Part shown: positions 13,601-28,600 of the stretch, in pieces | Numbering within the stretch: the stretch's first letter is position 1 | Layout: each line of letters starts with the position of its first letter | Origin: Nemertoderma westbladi | Taxonomy: Eukaryota > Animalia > Xenacoelomorpha | Direction: 5' to 3' | Assembly: GCA_032718475.1 (NCBI GenBank) | Contig: JAUCBJ010000595.1 | Coordinates: forward strand, 1 to 63,033 | DNA: 63,033 nucleotides | The notes under the pieces: generated by a model | Database searches by the model: none | What the model was told of the DNA's origin: nothing | What the model saw: only the letters and a program-made list of their open reading frames with translations | Position numbers and translations under genes: made by a program

Positions 13601-16600
13601 ATGTGGTTGTGTACTATTGAACTATATGAACTATTGAAATTGCTCAACAATAACTCGCCATGCATTAATGTGGTTGTGTACTATTGAACTATATGAACTA
13701 TTGAAATTGCTCAACAATTTTCGTCATACATTAATGTGGTTGTGTACTATTGAACTATATGAACTATTGAAATTACTCAACAATAACTCGTCATGCATTA
13801 ATGTGGTTGTGTACTATTGAACTATATGAACTATTGAACTATATGTACTATTGAACTATATGAACTATTGAAATTGCACAACAATAACTCGTCATGCATT
13901 AATGTGGTTGTGTACTATTGAACTATATGAACTATTGAAATTGCTCAACAATAACTCGCCATGCATTAATGTGGTTGTGTACTATTGAACTATATGAACT
14001 ATTGAAATTACTCAACAATAACTCGTCATGCATTAATGTGGTTGTGTACTATTGAACTATATGAACTATTGAAATTGCTCAACAATAACTCGTCATGCAT
14101 TAATGTGGTTGTGTACTATTGAACTATATGAACTATTGAAATTGCTCAACAATAACTCGTCATGCATTAATGTGGTTGTGTACTATTGAACTATATGAAC
14201 TATTGAACTATATGTACTATTGAACTATATGAACTATTGAAATTGCTCAACAATAACTCGTCATGCATTAATGTGGTTGTATACTATTGAACTATATGAA
14301 CTATTGAAATTGCTCAACAATAACTCGGCATGCATTAATGTGGTTGTATACTATTGAACTATATGAACTATTGAAATTGCTCAACAATAACTCGTCATGC
14401 ATTAATGTGGTTGTATACTATTGAACTATATGAACTATTGAACTATATGTACTATTGAACTATATGAACTATTGAAATTGCTCAACAATAACTCGTCATG
14501 CATTAATGTGGTTGTGTACTATTGAACTATATGAACTATTGAACTATATGTACTATTGAACTATATGAACTATTGAAATTGCTCAACAATAACTCGTCAT
14601 GCATTAATGTGGTTGTGAACTATTGAACTATATGAACTATTGAAATTGCTCAACAATAACTCGTCATGCATTAATGTGGTTGTGAACTATTGAACTATAT
14701 GAACTATTGAAATTGCTCAACAATAACTCGTCATGCATTAATGTGGTTGTGTACTATTGAACTATATGAACTATTGAAATTGCTCAACAATAACTCGTCA
14801 TGCATTAATGTGGTTGTGTACTATTGAACTATATGAACTATTGAACTATATGTACTATTGAACTATATGAACTATTGAAATTGCTCAACAATAACTCGTC
14901 ATGCATTAATGTGGTTGTGTACTATTGAACTATATGAACTATTGAAATTGCTCAACAATAACTCGCCATGCATTAATGTGGTTGTGTACTATTGAACTAT
15001 ATGAACTATTGAAATTGCTCAACAATTTTCGTCATACATTAATGTGGTTGTGTACTATTGAACTATATGAACTATTGAAATTACTCAACAATAACTCGTC
15101 ATGCATTAATGTGGTTGTGTACTATTGAACTATATGAACTATTGAACTATATGTACTATTGAACTATATGAACTATTGAAATTGCACAACAATAACTCGT
15201 CATGCATTAATGTGGTTGTGTACTATTGAACTATATGAACTATTGAACTATATGTACTATTGAACTATATGTACTATTGAACTATATGAACTATTGAAAT
15301 TGCACAACAATAACTCGTCATGCATTAATGTGGTTGTGTACTATTGAACTATATGAACTATTGAAATTGCTCAACAATAACTCGCCATGCATTAATGTGG
15401 TTGTGAACTATTGAACTATATGAACTATTGAAATTGCTCAACAATAACTCGTCATGCATTAATGTGGTTGTGAACTATTGAACTATATGAACTATTGAAA
15501 TTGCTCAACAATAACTCGTCATGCATTAATGTGGTTGTGTACTATTGAACTATATGAACTATTGAAATTGCTCAACAATAACTCGCCATGCATTAATGTG
15601 GTTGTGTACTATTGAACTATATGAACTATTGAAATTGCTCAACAATTTTCGTCATACATTAATGTGGTTGTGTACTATTGAACTATATGAACTATTGAAA
15701 TTACTCAACAATAACTCGTCATGCATTAATGTGGTTGTGTACTATTGAACTATATGAACTATTGAACTATATGTACTATTGAACTATATGAACTATTGAA
15801 ATTGCACAACAATAACTCGTCATGCATTAATGTGGTTGTGTACTATTGAACTATATGAACTATTGAAATTACTCAACAATAACTCGTCATGCATTAATGT
15901 GGTTGTGTACTATTGAACTATATGAACTATTGAAATTGCTCAACAATAACTCGTCATGCATTAATGTGGTTGTGTACTATTGAACTAAATGAATTATTGA
16001 AATTGCTCAACAATAACTCGTCATGCATTAATGTGGTTGTGTACTATTGAACTAAATGAAATATTGAAATTGCTCAACAATAACTCGTCATGCATTAATG
16101 TGGTTGTGTACTATTGAACTATATGAACTATTGAAATTGCTCAACAATAACTCGTCATGCATTAATGTGGTTGTGTACTATTGAACTAAATGAATTATTG
16201 AAATTGCTCAACAATAACTCGTCATGCATTAATGTGGTTGTGTACTATTGAACTATATGAACTATTGAAATTGCTCAACAATAACTCGTCATGCATTAAT
16301 GTGGTTGTGTACTATTGAACTAAATGAATTATTGAAATTGCTCAACAATAACTCGTCATGCATTAATGTGGTTGGGTACTATTGAACTAAATGAAATATT
16401 GAAATTGCTCAACAATAACTCGTCATGCATTAATGTGGTTGTGTACTATTGAACTATATGAACTATTGAAATTGCTCAACAATAACTCGTCATGCATTAA
16501 TGTGGTTGTGTACTATTGAACTAAATGAATTATTGAAATTGCTCAACAATAACTCGTCATGCATTAATGTGGTTGTGTACTATTGAACTAAATGAATTAT

Positions 16601-19600
16601 TGAAATTGCTCAACAATAACTCGTCATGCATTAATGTGGTTGTGTACTATTGAACTAAATGAATTATTGAAATTGCTCAACAATAACTCGTCATGCATTA
16701 ATGTGGTTGTGTACTATTGAACTATATGAACTATTGAAATTGCTCAACAATAACTCGTCATGCATTAATGTGGTTGTGTACTATTGAACTATATGAACTA
16801 TTGAAATTGCTCAACAATAACTCGTCATGCATTAATGTGGTTGTGTACTATTGAACTAAATGAATTATTGAAATTGCTCAACAATAACTCGTCATGCATT
16901 AATGTGGTTGTGTACTATTGAACTATATGTACTATTGAAATTGCTCAACAATAACTCGTCATGCATTAATGTGGTTGTGTACTATTGAACTATATGAAAT
17001 ATTGAAATTGCTCAACAATAACTCGTCATGCATTAATGTGGTTGTGTACTATTGAACTAAATGAATTATTGAAATTGCTCAACAATAACTCGTCATGCAT
17101 TAATGTGGTTGTGTACTATTGAACTAAATGAATTATTGAAATTGCTCAACAATAACTCGTCATGCATTAATGTGGTTGTGTACTATTTAAATTGCTCAAC
17201 AATAACTCGTCATGCATTAATGTGGTTGTGTACTATTGAACTAAATGAAATATTGAAATTGCTCAACAATAACTCGTCATGCATTAATGTGGTTGTGTAC
17301 TATTGAACTATATGAAATATTGAAATTGCTCAACAATAACTCGTCATGCATTAATGTGGTTGTGTACTATTGAACTAAATGAATTATTGAAATTGCTCAA
17401 CAATAACTCGTCATGCATTAATGTGGTTGTGTACTATTTAAATTGCTCAACAATAACTCGTCATGCATTAATGTGGTTGTGTACTATTGAACTAAATGAA
17501 TTATTGAAATTGCTCAACAATAACTCGTCATGCATTAATGTGGTTGTGTACTATTTAAATTGCTCAACAATAACTCGTCATGCATTAATGTGGTTGTGTA
17601 CTATTGAACTAAATGAATTATTGAAATTGCTCAACAATAACTCGTCATGCATTAATGTGGTTGTGTACTATTTAAATTGCTCAACAATAACTCGTCATGC
17701 ATTAATGTGGTTGTGTACTATTGAACTAAATGAATTATTGAAATTGCTCAACAATAACTCGTCATGCATTAATGTGGTTGTGTACTATTGAACTAAATGA
17801 ATTATTGAAATTGCTCAACAATAACTCGTCATGCATTAATGTGGTTGTGTACTATTGAACTATATGAAATATTGAAATTGCTCAACAATAACTCGTCATG
17901 CATTAATGTGGTTGTGTACTATTTAAATTGCTCAACAATAACTCGTCATGCATTAATGTGGTTGTGTACTATTGAACTAAATGAATTATTGAAATTGCTC
18001 AACAATAACTCGTCATGCATTAATGTGGTTGTGTACTATTGAACTAAATGAATTATTGAAATTGCTCAACAATAACTCGTCATGCATTAATGTGGTTGTG
18101 TACTATTGAACTAAATGAATTATTGAAATTGCTCAACAATAACTCGTCATGCATTAATGTGGTTGTGTACTATTGAACTATATGAAATATTGAAATTGCT
18201 CAACAATAACTCGTCATGCATTAATGTGGTTGTGTACTATTGAACTATATGAAATATTGAAATTGCTCAACAATAACTCGTCATGCATTAATGTGGTTGT
18301 GTACTATTGAACTAAATGAATTATTGAAATTGCTCAACAATAACTCGTCATGCATTAATGTGGTTGTGTACTATTGAACTAAATGAATTATTGAAATTGC
18401 TCAACAATAACTCGTCATGCATTAATGTGGTTGTGTACTATTTAAATTGCTCAACAATAACTCGTCATGCATTAATGTGGTTGTGTACTATTGAACTAAA
18501 TGAATTATTGAAATTGCTCAACAATAACTCGTCATGCATTAATGTGGTTGTGTACTATTTAAATTGCTCAACAATAACTCGTCATGCATTAATGTGGTTG
18601 TGTACTATTGAACTAAATGAATTATTGAAATTGCTCAACAATAACTCGTCATGCATTAATGTGGTTGTGTACTATTGAACTAAATGAATTATTGAAATTG
18701 CTCAACAATAACTCGTCATGCATTAATGTGGTTGTGTACTATTGAACTATATGAAATATTGAAATTGCTCAACAATAACTCGTCATGCATTAATGTGGTT
18801 GTGTACTATTGAACTAAATGAATTATTGAAATTGCTCAACAATAACTCGTCATGCATTAATGTGGTTGTGTACTATTGAACTATATGAAATATTGAAATT
18901 GCTCAACAATAACTCGTCATGCATTAATGTGGTTGTGTACTATTGAACTAAATGAATTATTGAAATTGCTCAACAATAACTCGTCATGCATTAATGTGGT
19001 TGTGTACTATTGAACTATATGAAATATTGAAATTGCTCAACAATAACTCGTCATGCATTAATGTGGTTGTGTACTATTGAACTAAATGAATTATTGAAAT
19101 TGCTCAACAATAACTCGTCATGCATTAATGTGGTTGTGTACTATTTAAATTGCTCAACAATAACTCGTCATGCATTAATGTGGTTGTGTACTATTGAACT
19201 AAATGAAATATTGAAATTGCTCAACAATAACTCGTCATGCATTAATGTGGTTGTGTACTATTGAACTATATGAAATATTGAAATTGCTCAACAATAACTC
19301 GTCATGCATTAATGTGGTTGTGTACTATTGAACTAAATGAATTATTGAAATTGCTCAACAATAACTCGTCATGCATTAATGTGGTTGTGTACTATTTAAA
19401 TTGCTCAACAATAACTCGTCATGCATTAATGTGGTTGTGTACTATTGAACTAAATGAATTATTGAAATTGCTCAACAATAACTCGTCATGCATTAATGTG
19501 GTTGTGTACTATTGAACTATATGAACTATTGAAATTGCTCAACAATAACTCGTCATGCATTAATGTGGTTGTGTACTATTGAACTATATGAACTATTGAA

Positions 19601-22600
19601 ATTGCTCAACAATAACTCGTCATGCATTAATGTGGTTGTGTACTATTGAACTATATGAACTATTGAAATTGCTCAACAATAACTCGTCATGCATTAATGT
19701 GGTTGTGTACTATTGAACTATATGAACTATTGAAATTGCTCAACAATAACTCGTCATGCATTAATGTGGTTGTGTACTATTGAACTAAATGAATTATTGA
19801 AATTGCTCAACAATAACTCGTCATGCATTAATGTGGTTGTGTACTATTGAACTATATGAAATATTGAAATTGCTCAACAATAACTCGTCATGCATTAATG
19901 TGGTTGTGTACTATTGAACTAAATGAATTATTGAAATTGCTCAACAATAACTCGTCATGCATTAATGTGGTTGTGTACTATTGAACTATATGAAATATTG
20001 AAATTGCTCAACAATAACTCGTCATGCATTAATGTGGTTGTGTACTATTGAACTAAATGAATTATTGAAATTGCTCAACAATAACTCGTCATGCATTAAT
20101 GTGGTTGTGTACTATTGAACTATATGAAATATTGAAATTGCTCAACAATAACTCGTCATGCATTAATGTGGTTGTGTACTATTGAAATTGCTCAACAATA
20201 ACTCGTCATGCATTAATGTGGTTGTGTACTATTGAACTAAATGAATTATTGAAATTGCTCAACAATAACTCGTCATGCATTAATGTGGTTGTGTACTATT
20301 GAACTAAATGAATTATTGAAATTGCTCAACAATAACTCGTCATGCATTAATGTGGTTGTGTATTATTGAACTAAATGAATTATTGAAATTGCTCAACAAT
20401 AACTCGTCATGCATTAATGTGGTTGTGTACTATTGAACTAAATGAATTATTGAAATTGCTCAACAATAACTCGTCATGCATTAATGTGGTTGTGTACTAT
20501 TGAACTAAATGAATTATTGAAATTGCTCAACAATAACTCGTCATGCATTAATGTGGTTGTGTACTATTGAACTATATGAAATATTGAAATTGCTCAACAA
20601 TAACTCGTCATGCATTAATGTGGTTGTGTACTATTGAACTATATGAAATATTGAAATTGCTCAACAATAACTCGTCATGCATTAATGTGGTTGTGTACTA
20701 TTGAAATTGCTCAACAATAACTCGTCATGCATTAATGTGGTTGTGTACTATTGAACTAAATGAATTATTGAAATTGCTCAACAATAACTCGTCATGCATT
20801 AATGTGGTTGTGTACTATTGAACTATATGAAATATTGAAATTGCTCAACAATAACTCGTCATGCATTAATGTGGTTGTGTACTATTGAACTAAATGAATT
20901 ATTGAAATTGCTCAACAATAACTCGTCATGCATTAATGTGGTTGTGTACTATTGAACTAAATGAATTATTGAAATTGCTCAACAATAACTCGTCATGCAT
21001 TAATGTGGTTGTGTACTATTGAACTATATGAAATATTGAAATTGCTCAACAATAACTCGTCATGCATTAATGTGGTTGTGTACTATTGAACTAAATGAAT
21101 TATTGAAATTGCTCAACAATAACTCGTCATGCATTAATGTGGTTGTGTACTATTGAAATTGCTCAACAATAACTCGTCATGCATTAATGTGGTTGTGTAC
21201 TATTGAACTAAATGAATTATTGAAATTGCTCAACAATAACTCGTCATGCATTAATGTGGTTGTGTACTATTGAACTATATGAAATATTGAAATTGCTCAA
21301 CAATAACTCGTCATGCATTAATGTGGTTGTGTACTATTGAACTAAATGAATTATTGAAATTGCTCAACAATAACTCGTCATGCATTAATGTGGTTGTGTA
21401 CTATTTAAATTGCTCAACAATAACTCGTCATGCATTAATGTGGTTGTGTACTATTGAACTAAATGAATTATTGAAATTGCTCAACAATAACTCGTCATGC
21501 ATTAATGTGGTTGTGTACTATTTAAATTGCTCAACAATAACTCGTCATGCATTAATGTGGTTGTGTACTATTGAACTATATGAACTATTTAAATTGCTCA
21601 ACAATAACTCGTCATGCATTAATGTGGTTGTGTACTATTTAAATTGCTCAACAATAACTCGTCATGCATTAATGTGGTTGTGTACTATTGAACTAAATGA
21701 ATTATTGAAATTGCTCAACAATAACTCGTCATGCATTAATGTGGTTGTGTACTATTGAACTATATGTACTATTGAAATTGCTCAACAATAACTCGTCATG
21801 CATTAATGTGGTTGTGTACTATTGAACTAAATGAATTATTGAAATTGCTCAACAATAACTCGTCATGCATTAATGTGGTTGTGTACTATTGAACTAAATG
21901 AATTATTGAAATTGCTCAACAATAACTCGTCATGCATTAATGTGGTTGTGTACTATTGAACTAAATGAATTATTTAAATTGCTCAACAATAACTCGTCAT
22001 GCATTAATGTGGTTGTGTACTATTTAAATTGCTCAACAATAACTCGTCATGCATTAATGTGGTTGTGTACTATTGAACTAAATGAATTATTGAAATTGCT
22101 CAACAATAACTCGTCATGCATTAATGTGGTTGTGTACTATTGAACTAAATGAATTATTGAAATTGCTCAACAATAACTCGTCATGCATTAATGTGGTTGT
22201 GTACTATTGAACTATATGAAATATTGAAATTGCTCAACAATAACTCGTCATGCATTAATGTGGTTGTGTACTATTGAACTAAATGAATTATTGAAATTGC
22301 TCAACAATAACTCGTCATGCATTAATGTGGTTGTGTACTATTGAACTAAATGAATTATTGAAATTGCTCAACAATAACTCGTCATGCATTAATGTGGTTG
22401 TGTACTATTGAACTATATGAAATATTGAAATTGCTCAACAATAACTCGTCATGCATTAATGTGGTTGTGTACTATTGAACTAAATGAATTATTGAAATTG
22501 CTCAACAATAACTCGTCATGCATTAATGTGGTTGTGTACTATTGAACTAAATGAATTATTGAAATTGCTCAACAATAACTCGTCATGCATTAATGTGGTT

Positions 22601-25600
22601 GTGTACTATTGAACTATATGAACTATTGAAATTGCTCAACAATAACTCGTCATGCATTAATGTGGTTGTGTACTATTGAACTAAATGAATTATTGAAATT
22701 GCTCAACAATAACTCGTCATGCATTAATGTGGTTGTGTACTATTGAACTAAATGAATTATTGAAATTGCTCAACAATAACTCGTCATGCATTAATGTGGT
22801 TGTGTACTATTGAACTATATGAAATATTGAAATTACTCAACAATAACTCGTCATGCATTAATGTGGTTGTGTACTATTGAACTAAATGAATTATTGAAAT
22901 TGCTCAACAATAACTCGTCATGCATTAATGTGGTTGTGTACTATTGAACTATATGAAATATTGAAATTGCTCAACAATAACTCGTCATGCATTAATGTGG
23001 TTGTGTACTATTGAACTAAATGAATTATTGAAATTGCTCAACAATAACTCGTCATGCATTAATGTGGTTGTGTACTATTGAACTATATGAACTATTGAAA
23101 TTGCTCAACAATAACTCGTCATGCATTAATGTGGTTGTGTACTATTGAACTAAATGAATTATTGAAATTGCTCAACAATAACTCGTCATGCATTAATGTG
23201 GTTGTGTACTATTGAACTATATGAAATATTGAAATTGCTCAACAATAACTCGTCATGCATTAATGTGGTTGTGTACTATTGAACTATATGAACTATTGAA
23301 ATTGCTCAACAATAACTCGTCATGCATTAATGTGGTTGTGTACTATTGAACTAAATGAAATATTGAAATTGCTCAACAATAACTCGTCATGCATTAATGT
23401 GGTTGTGTACTATTGAACTAAATGAATTATTGAAATTGCTCAACAATAACTCGTCATGCATTAATGTGGTTGTGTACTATTGAACTATATGAAATATTGA
23501 AATTGCTCAACAATAACTCGTCATGCATTAATGTGGTTGTGTACTATTGAACTAAATGAATTATTGAAATTGCTCAACAATAACTCGTCATGCATTAATG
23601 TGGTTGTGTACTATTGAACTATATGAACTATTGAAATTGCTCAACAATAACTCGTCATGCATTAATGTGGTTGTGTACTATTGAAATTGCTCAACAATAA
23701 CTCGTCATGCATTAATGTGGTTGTGTACTATTGAACTATATGAAATATTGAAATTGCTCAACAATAACTCGTCATGCATTAATGTGGTTGTGTACTATTG
23801 AACTATATGTACTATTGAAATTGCTCAACAATAACTCGTCATACATTAATGTGGTTGTGTACTATTGAACTAAATGAATTATTGAAATTGCTCAACAATA
23901 ACTCGTCATGCATTAATGTGGTTGTGTACTATTGAACTATATGAACTATTGAAATTGCTCAACAATAACTCGTCATGCATTAATGTGGTTGTGTACTATT
24001 GAACTAAATGAAATATTGAAATTGCTCAACAATAACTCGTCATGAATTAATGTGGTTGTGTACTATTGAAATTGCTCAACAATAACTCGTCATGCATTAA
24101 TGTGGTTGTGTACTATTGAACTATATGAACTATTGAAATTGCTCAACAATAACTCGTCATGCATTAATGTGGTTGTGTACTATTGAACTAAATGAATTAT
24201 TGAAATTGCTCAACAATAACTCGTCATGCATTAATGTGGTTGTGTACTATTGAACTATATGAACTATTGAAATTGCTCAACAATAACTTGTCATGCATTA
24301 ATGTGGTTGTGTACTATTGAACTATATGAACTATTGAAATTGCTCAACAATAACTCGTCATGCATTAATGTGGTTGTGTACTATTGAACTATATGAACTA
24401 TTGAAATTGCTCAACAATAACTCGTCATGCATTAATGTGGTTGTGTACTATTGAAATTGCTCAACAATAACTCGTCATGCATTAATGTGGTTGTGTACTA
24501 TTGAACTATATGAAATATTGAAATTGCTCAACAATAACTCGTCATGCATTAATGTGGTTGTGTACTATTGAACTAAATGAATTATTGAAATTGCTCAACA
24601 ATAACTCGTCATGCATTAATGTGGTTGTGTACTATTTAAATTGCTCAACAATAACTCGTCATGCATTAATGTGGTTGTGTACTATTGAACTAAATGAAAT
24701 ATTGAAATTGCTCAACAATAACTCGTCATGAATTAATGTGGTTGTGTACTATTGAAATTGCTCAACAATAACTCGTCATGCATTAATGTGGTTGTGTACT
24801 ATTGAACTATATGAACTATTGAAATTGCTCAACAATAACTCGTCATGCATTAATGTGGTTGTGTACTATTGAACTAAATGAATTATTGAAATTGCTCAAC
24901 AATAACTCGTCATGCATTAATGTGGTTGTGTACTATTGAACTATATGTACTATTGAAATTGCTCAACAATAACTCGTCATGCATTAATGTGGTTGTGTAC
25001 TATTGAACTATATGAACTATTGAAATTGCTCAACAATAACTCGTCATGCATTAATGTGGTTGTGTACTATTGAACTATATGAACTATTGAAATTGCTCAA
25101 CAATAACTCGTCATGCATTAATGTGGTTGTGTACTATTGAACTATATGAACTATTGAAATTGCTCAACAATAACTCGTCATGCATTAATGTGGTTGTGTA
25201 CTATTGAAATTGCTCAACAATAACTCGTCATGCATTAATGTGGTTGTGTACTATTGAACTATATGAAATATTGAAATTGCTCAACAATAACTCGTCATGC
25301 ATTAATGTGGTTGTGTACTATTGAACTAAATGAATTATTGAAATTGCTCAACAATAACTCGTCATGCATTAATGTGGTTGTGTACTATTTAAATTGCTCA
25401 ACAATAACTCGTCATGCATTAATGTGGTTGTGTACTATTGAACTAAATGAAATATTGAAATTGCTCAACAATAACTCGTCATGAATTAATGTGGTTGTGT
25501 ACTATTGAAATTGCTCAACAATAACTCGTCATGCATTAATGTGGTTGTGTACTATTGAACTATATGAACTATTGAAATTGCTCAACAATAACTCGTCATG

Positions 25601-28600
25601 CATTAATGTGGTTGTGTACTATTGAACTAAATGAATTATTGAAATTGCTCAACAATAACTCGTCATGCATTAATGTGGTTGTGTACTATTGAACTATATG
25701 AACTATTGAAATTGCTCAACAATAACTCGTCATGCATTAATGTGGTTGTGTACTATTGAACTATATGAACTATTGAAATTGCTCAACAATAACTCGTCAT
25801 GCATTAATGTGGTTGTGTACTATTGAACTAAATGAATTATTGAAATTGCTCAACAATAACTCGTCATGCATTAATGTGGTTGTGTACTATTGAACTATAT
25901 GAACTATTGAAATTGCTCAACAATAACTCGTCATGCATTAATGTGGTTGTGTACTATTGAACTATATGAACTATTGAAATTGCTCAACAATAACTCGTCA
26001 TGCATTAATGTGGTTGTGTACTATTGAACTATATGAACTATTGAAATTGCTCAACAATAACTCGTCATGCATTAATGTGGTTGTGTACTATTGAACTAAA
26101 TGAATTATTGAAATTGCTCAACAATAACTCGTCATGCATTAATGTGGTTGTGTACTATTGAACTATATGAACTATTGAAATTGCTCAACAATAACTCGTC
26201 ATGCATTAATGTGGTTGTGTACTATTGAACTATATGAACTATTGAAATTGCTCAACAATAACTCGTCATGCATTAATGTGGTTGTGTACTATTGAACTAA
26301 ATGAATTATTGAAATTGCTCAACAATAACTCGTCATGCATTAATGTGGTTGTGTACTATTGAACTATATGAACTATTGAAATTGCTCAACAATAACTCGT
26401 CATGCATTAATGTGGTTGTGTACTATTGAACTAAATGAATTATTGAAATTGCTCAACAATAACTCGTCATGCATTAATGTGGTTGTGTACTATTGAACTA
26501 AATGAATTATTGAAATTGCTCAACAATAACTCGTCATGCATTAATGTGGTTGTGTACTATTGAACTAAATGAATTATTGAAATTGCTCAACAATAACTCG
26601 TCATGCATTAATGTGGTTGTGTACTATTGAACTATATGTACTATTGAAATTGCTCAACAATAACTCGTCATGCATTAATGTGGTTGTGTACTATTGAACT
26701 AAATGAATTATTGAAATTGCTCAACAATAACTCGTCATGCATTAATGTGGTTGTGTACTATTGAACTAAATGAATTATTGAAATTGCTCAACAATAACTC
26801 GTCATGCATTAATGTGGTTGTGTACTATTTAAATTGCTCAACAATAACTCGTCATGCATTAATGTGGTTGTGTACTATTGAACTAAATGAATTATTGAAA
26901 TTGCTCAACAATAACTCGTCATGCATTAATGTGGTTGTGTACTATTGAACTATATGAAATATTGAAATTGCTCAACAATAACTCGTCATGCATTAATGTG
27001 GTTGTGTACTATTGAACTAAATGAATTATTGAAATTGCTCAACAATAACTCGTCATGCATTAATGTGGTTGTGTACTATTGAACTATATGAATTATTGAA
27101 ATTGCTCAACAATAACTCGTCATGCATTAATGTGGTTGTGTACTATTGAACTATATGAAATATTGAAATTGCTCAACAATAACTCGTCATGCATTAATGT
27201 GGTTGTGTACTATTGAACTAAATGAATTATTGAAATTGCTCAACAATAACTCGTCATGCATTAATGTGGTTGTGTACTATTGAACTAAATGAATTATTGA
27301 AATTGCTCAACAATAACTCGTCATGCATTAATGTGGTTGTGTACTATTGAACTATATGAACTATTGAAATTGCTCAACAATAACTCGTCATGCATTAATG
27401 TGGTTGTGTACTATTGAACTAAATGAATTATTGAAATTGCTCAACAATAACTCGTCATGCATTAATGTGGTTGTGTACTATTTAAATTGCTCAACAATAA
27501 CTCGTCATGCATTAATGTGGTTGTGTACTATTGAACTATATGAAATATTGAAATTGCTCAACAATAACTCGTCATGCATTAATGTGGTTGTGTACTATTG
27601 AACTAAATGAATTATTGAAATTGCTCAACAATAACTCGTCATGCATTAATGTGGTTGTGTACTATTTAAATTGCTCAACAATAACTCGTCATGCATTAAT
27701 GTGGTTGTGTACTATTGAACTAAATGAATTATTGAAATTGCTCAACAATAACTCGTCATGCATTAATGTGGTTGTGTACTATTTAAATTGCTCAACAATA
27801 ACTCGTCATGCATTAATGTGGTTGTGTACTATTGAACTATATGAACTATTTAAATTGCTCAACAATAACTCGTCATGCATTAATGTGGTTGTGTACTATT
27901 TAAATTGCTCAACAATAACTCGTCATGCATTAATGTGGTTGTGTACTATTGAACTAAATGAATTATTGAAATTGCTCAACAATAACTCGTCATGCATTAA
28001 TGTGGTTGTGTACTATTGAACTATATGTACTATTGAAATTGCTCAACAATAACTCGTCATGCATTAATGTGGTTGTGTACTATTGAACTAAATGAATTAT
28101 TGAAATTGCTCAACAATAACTCGTCATGCATTAATGTGGTTGTGTACTATTGAACTAAATGAATTATTGAAATTGCTCAACAATAACTCGTCATGCATTA
28201 ATGTGGTTGTGTACTATTGAACTAAATGAATTATTTAAATTGCTCAACAATAACTCGTCATGCATTAATGTGGTTGTGTACTATTTAAATTGCTCAACAA
28301 TAACTCGTCATGCATTAATGTGGTTGTGTACTATTGAACTAAATGAATTATTGAAATTGCTCAACAATAACTCGTCATGCATTAATGTGGTTGTGTACTA
28401 TTGAACTAAATGAATTATTGAAATTGCTCAACAATAACTCGTCATGCATTAATGTGGTTGTGTACTATTGAACTATATGAAATATTGAAATTGCTCAACA
28501 ATAACTCGTCATGCATTAATGTGGTTGTGTACTATTGAACTAAATGAATTATTGAAATTGCTCAACAATAACTCGTCATGCATTAATGTGGTTGTGTACT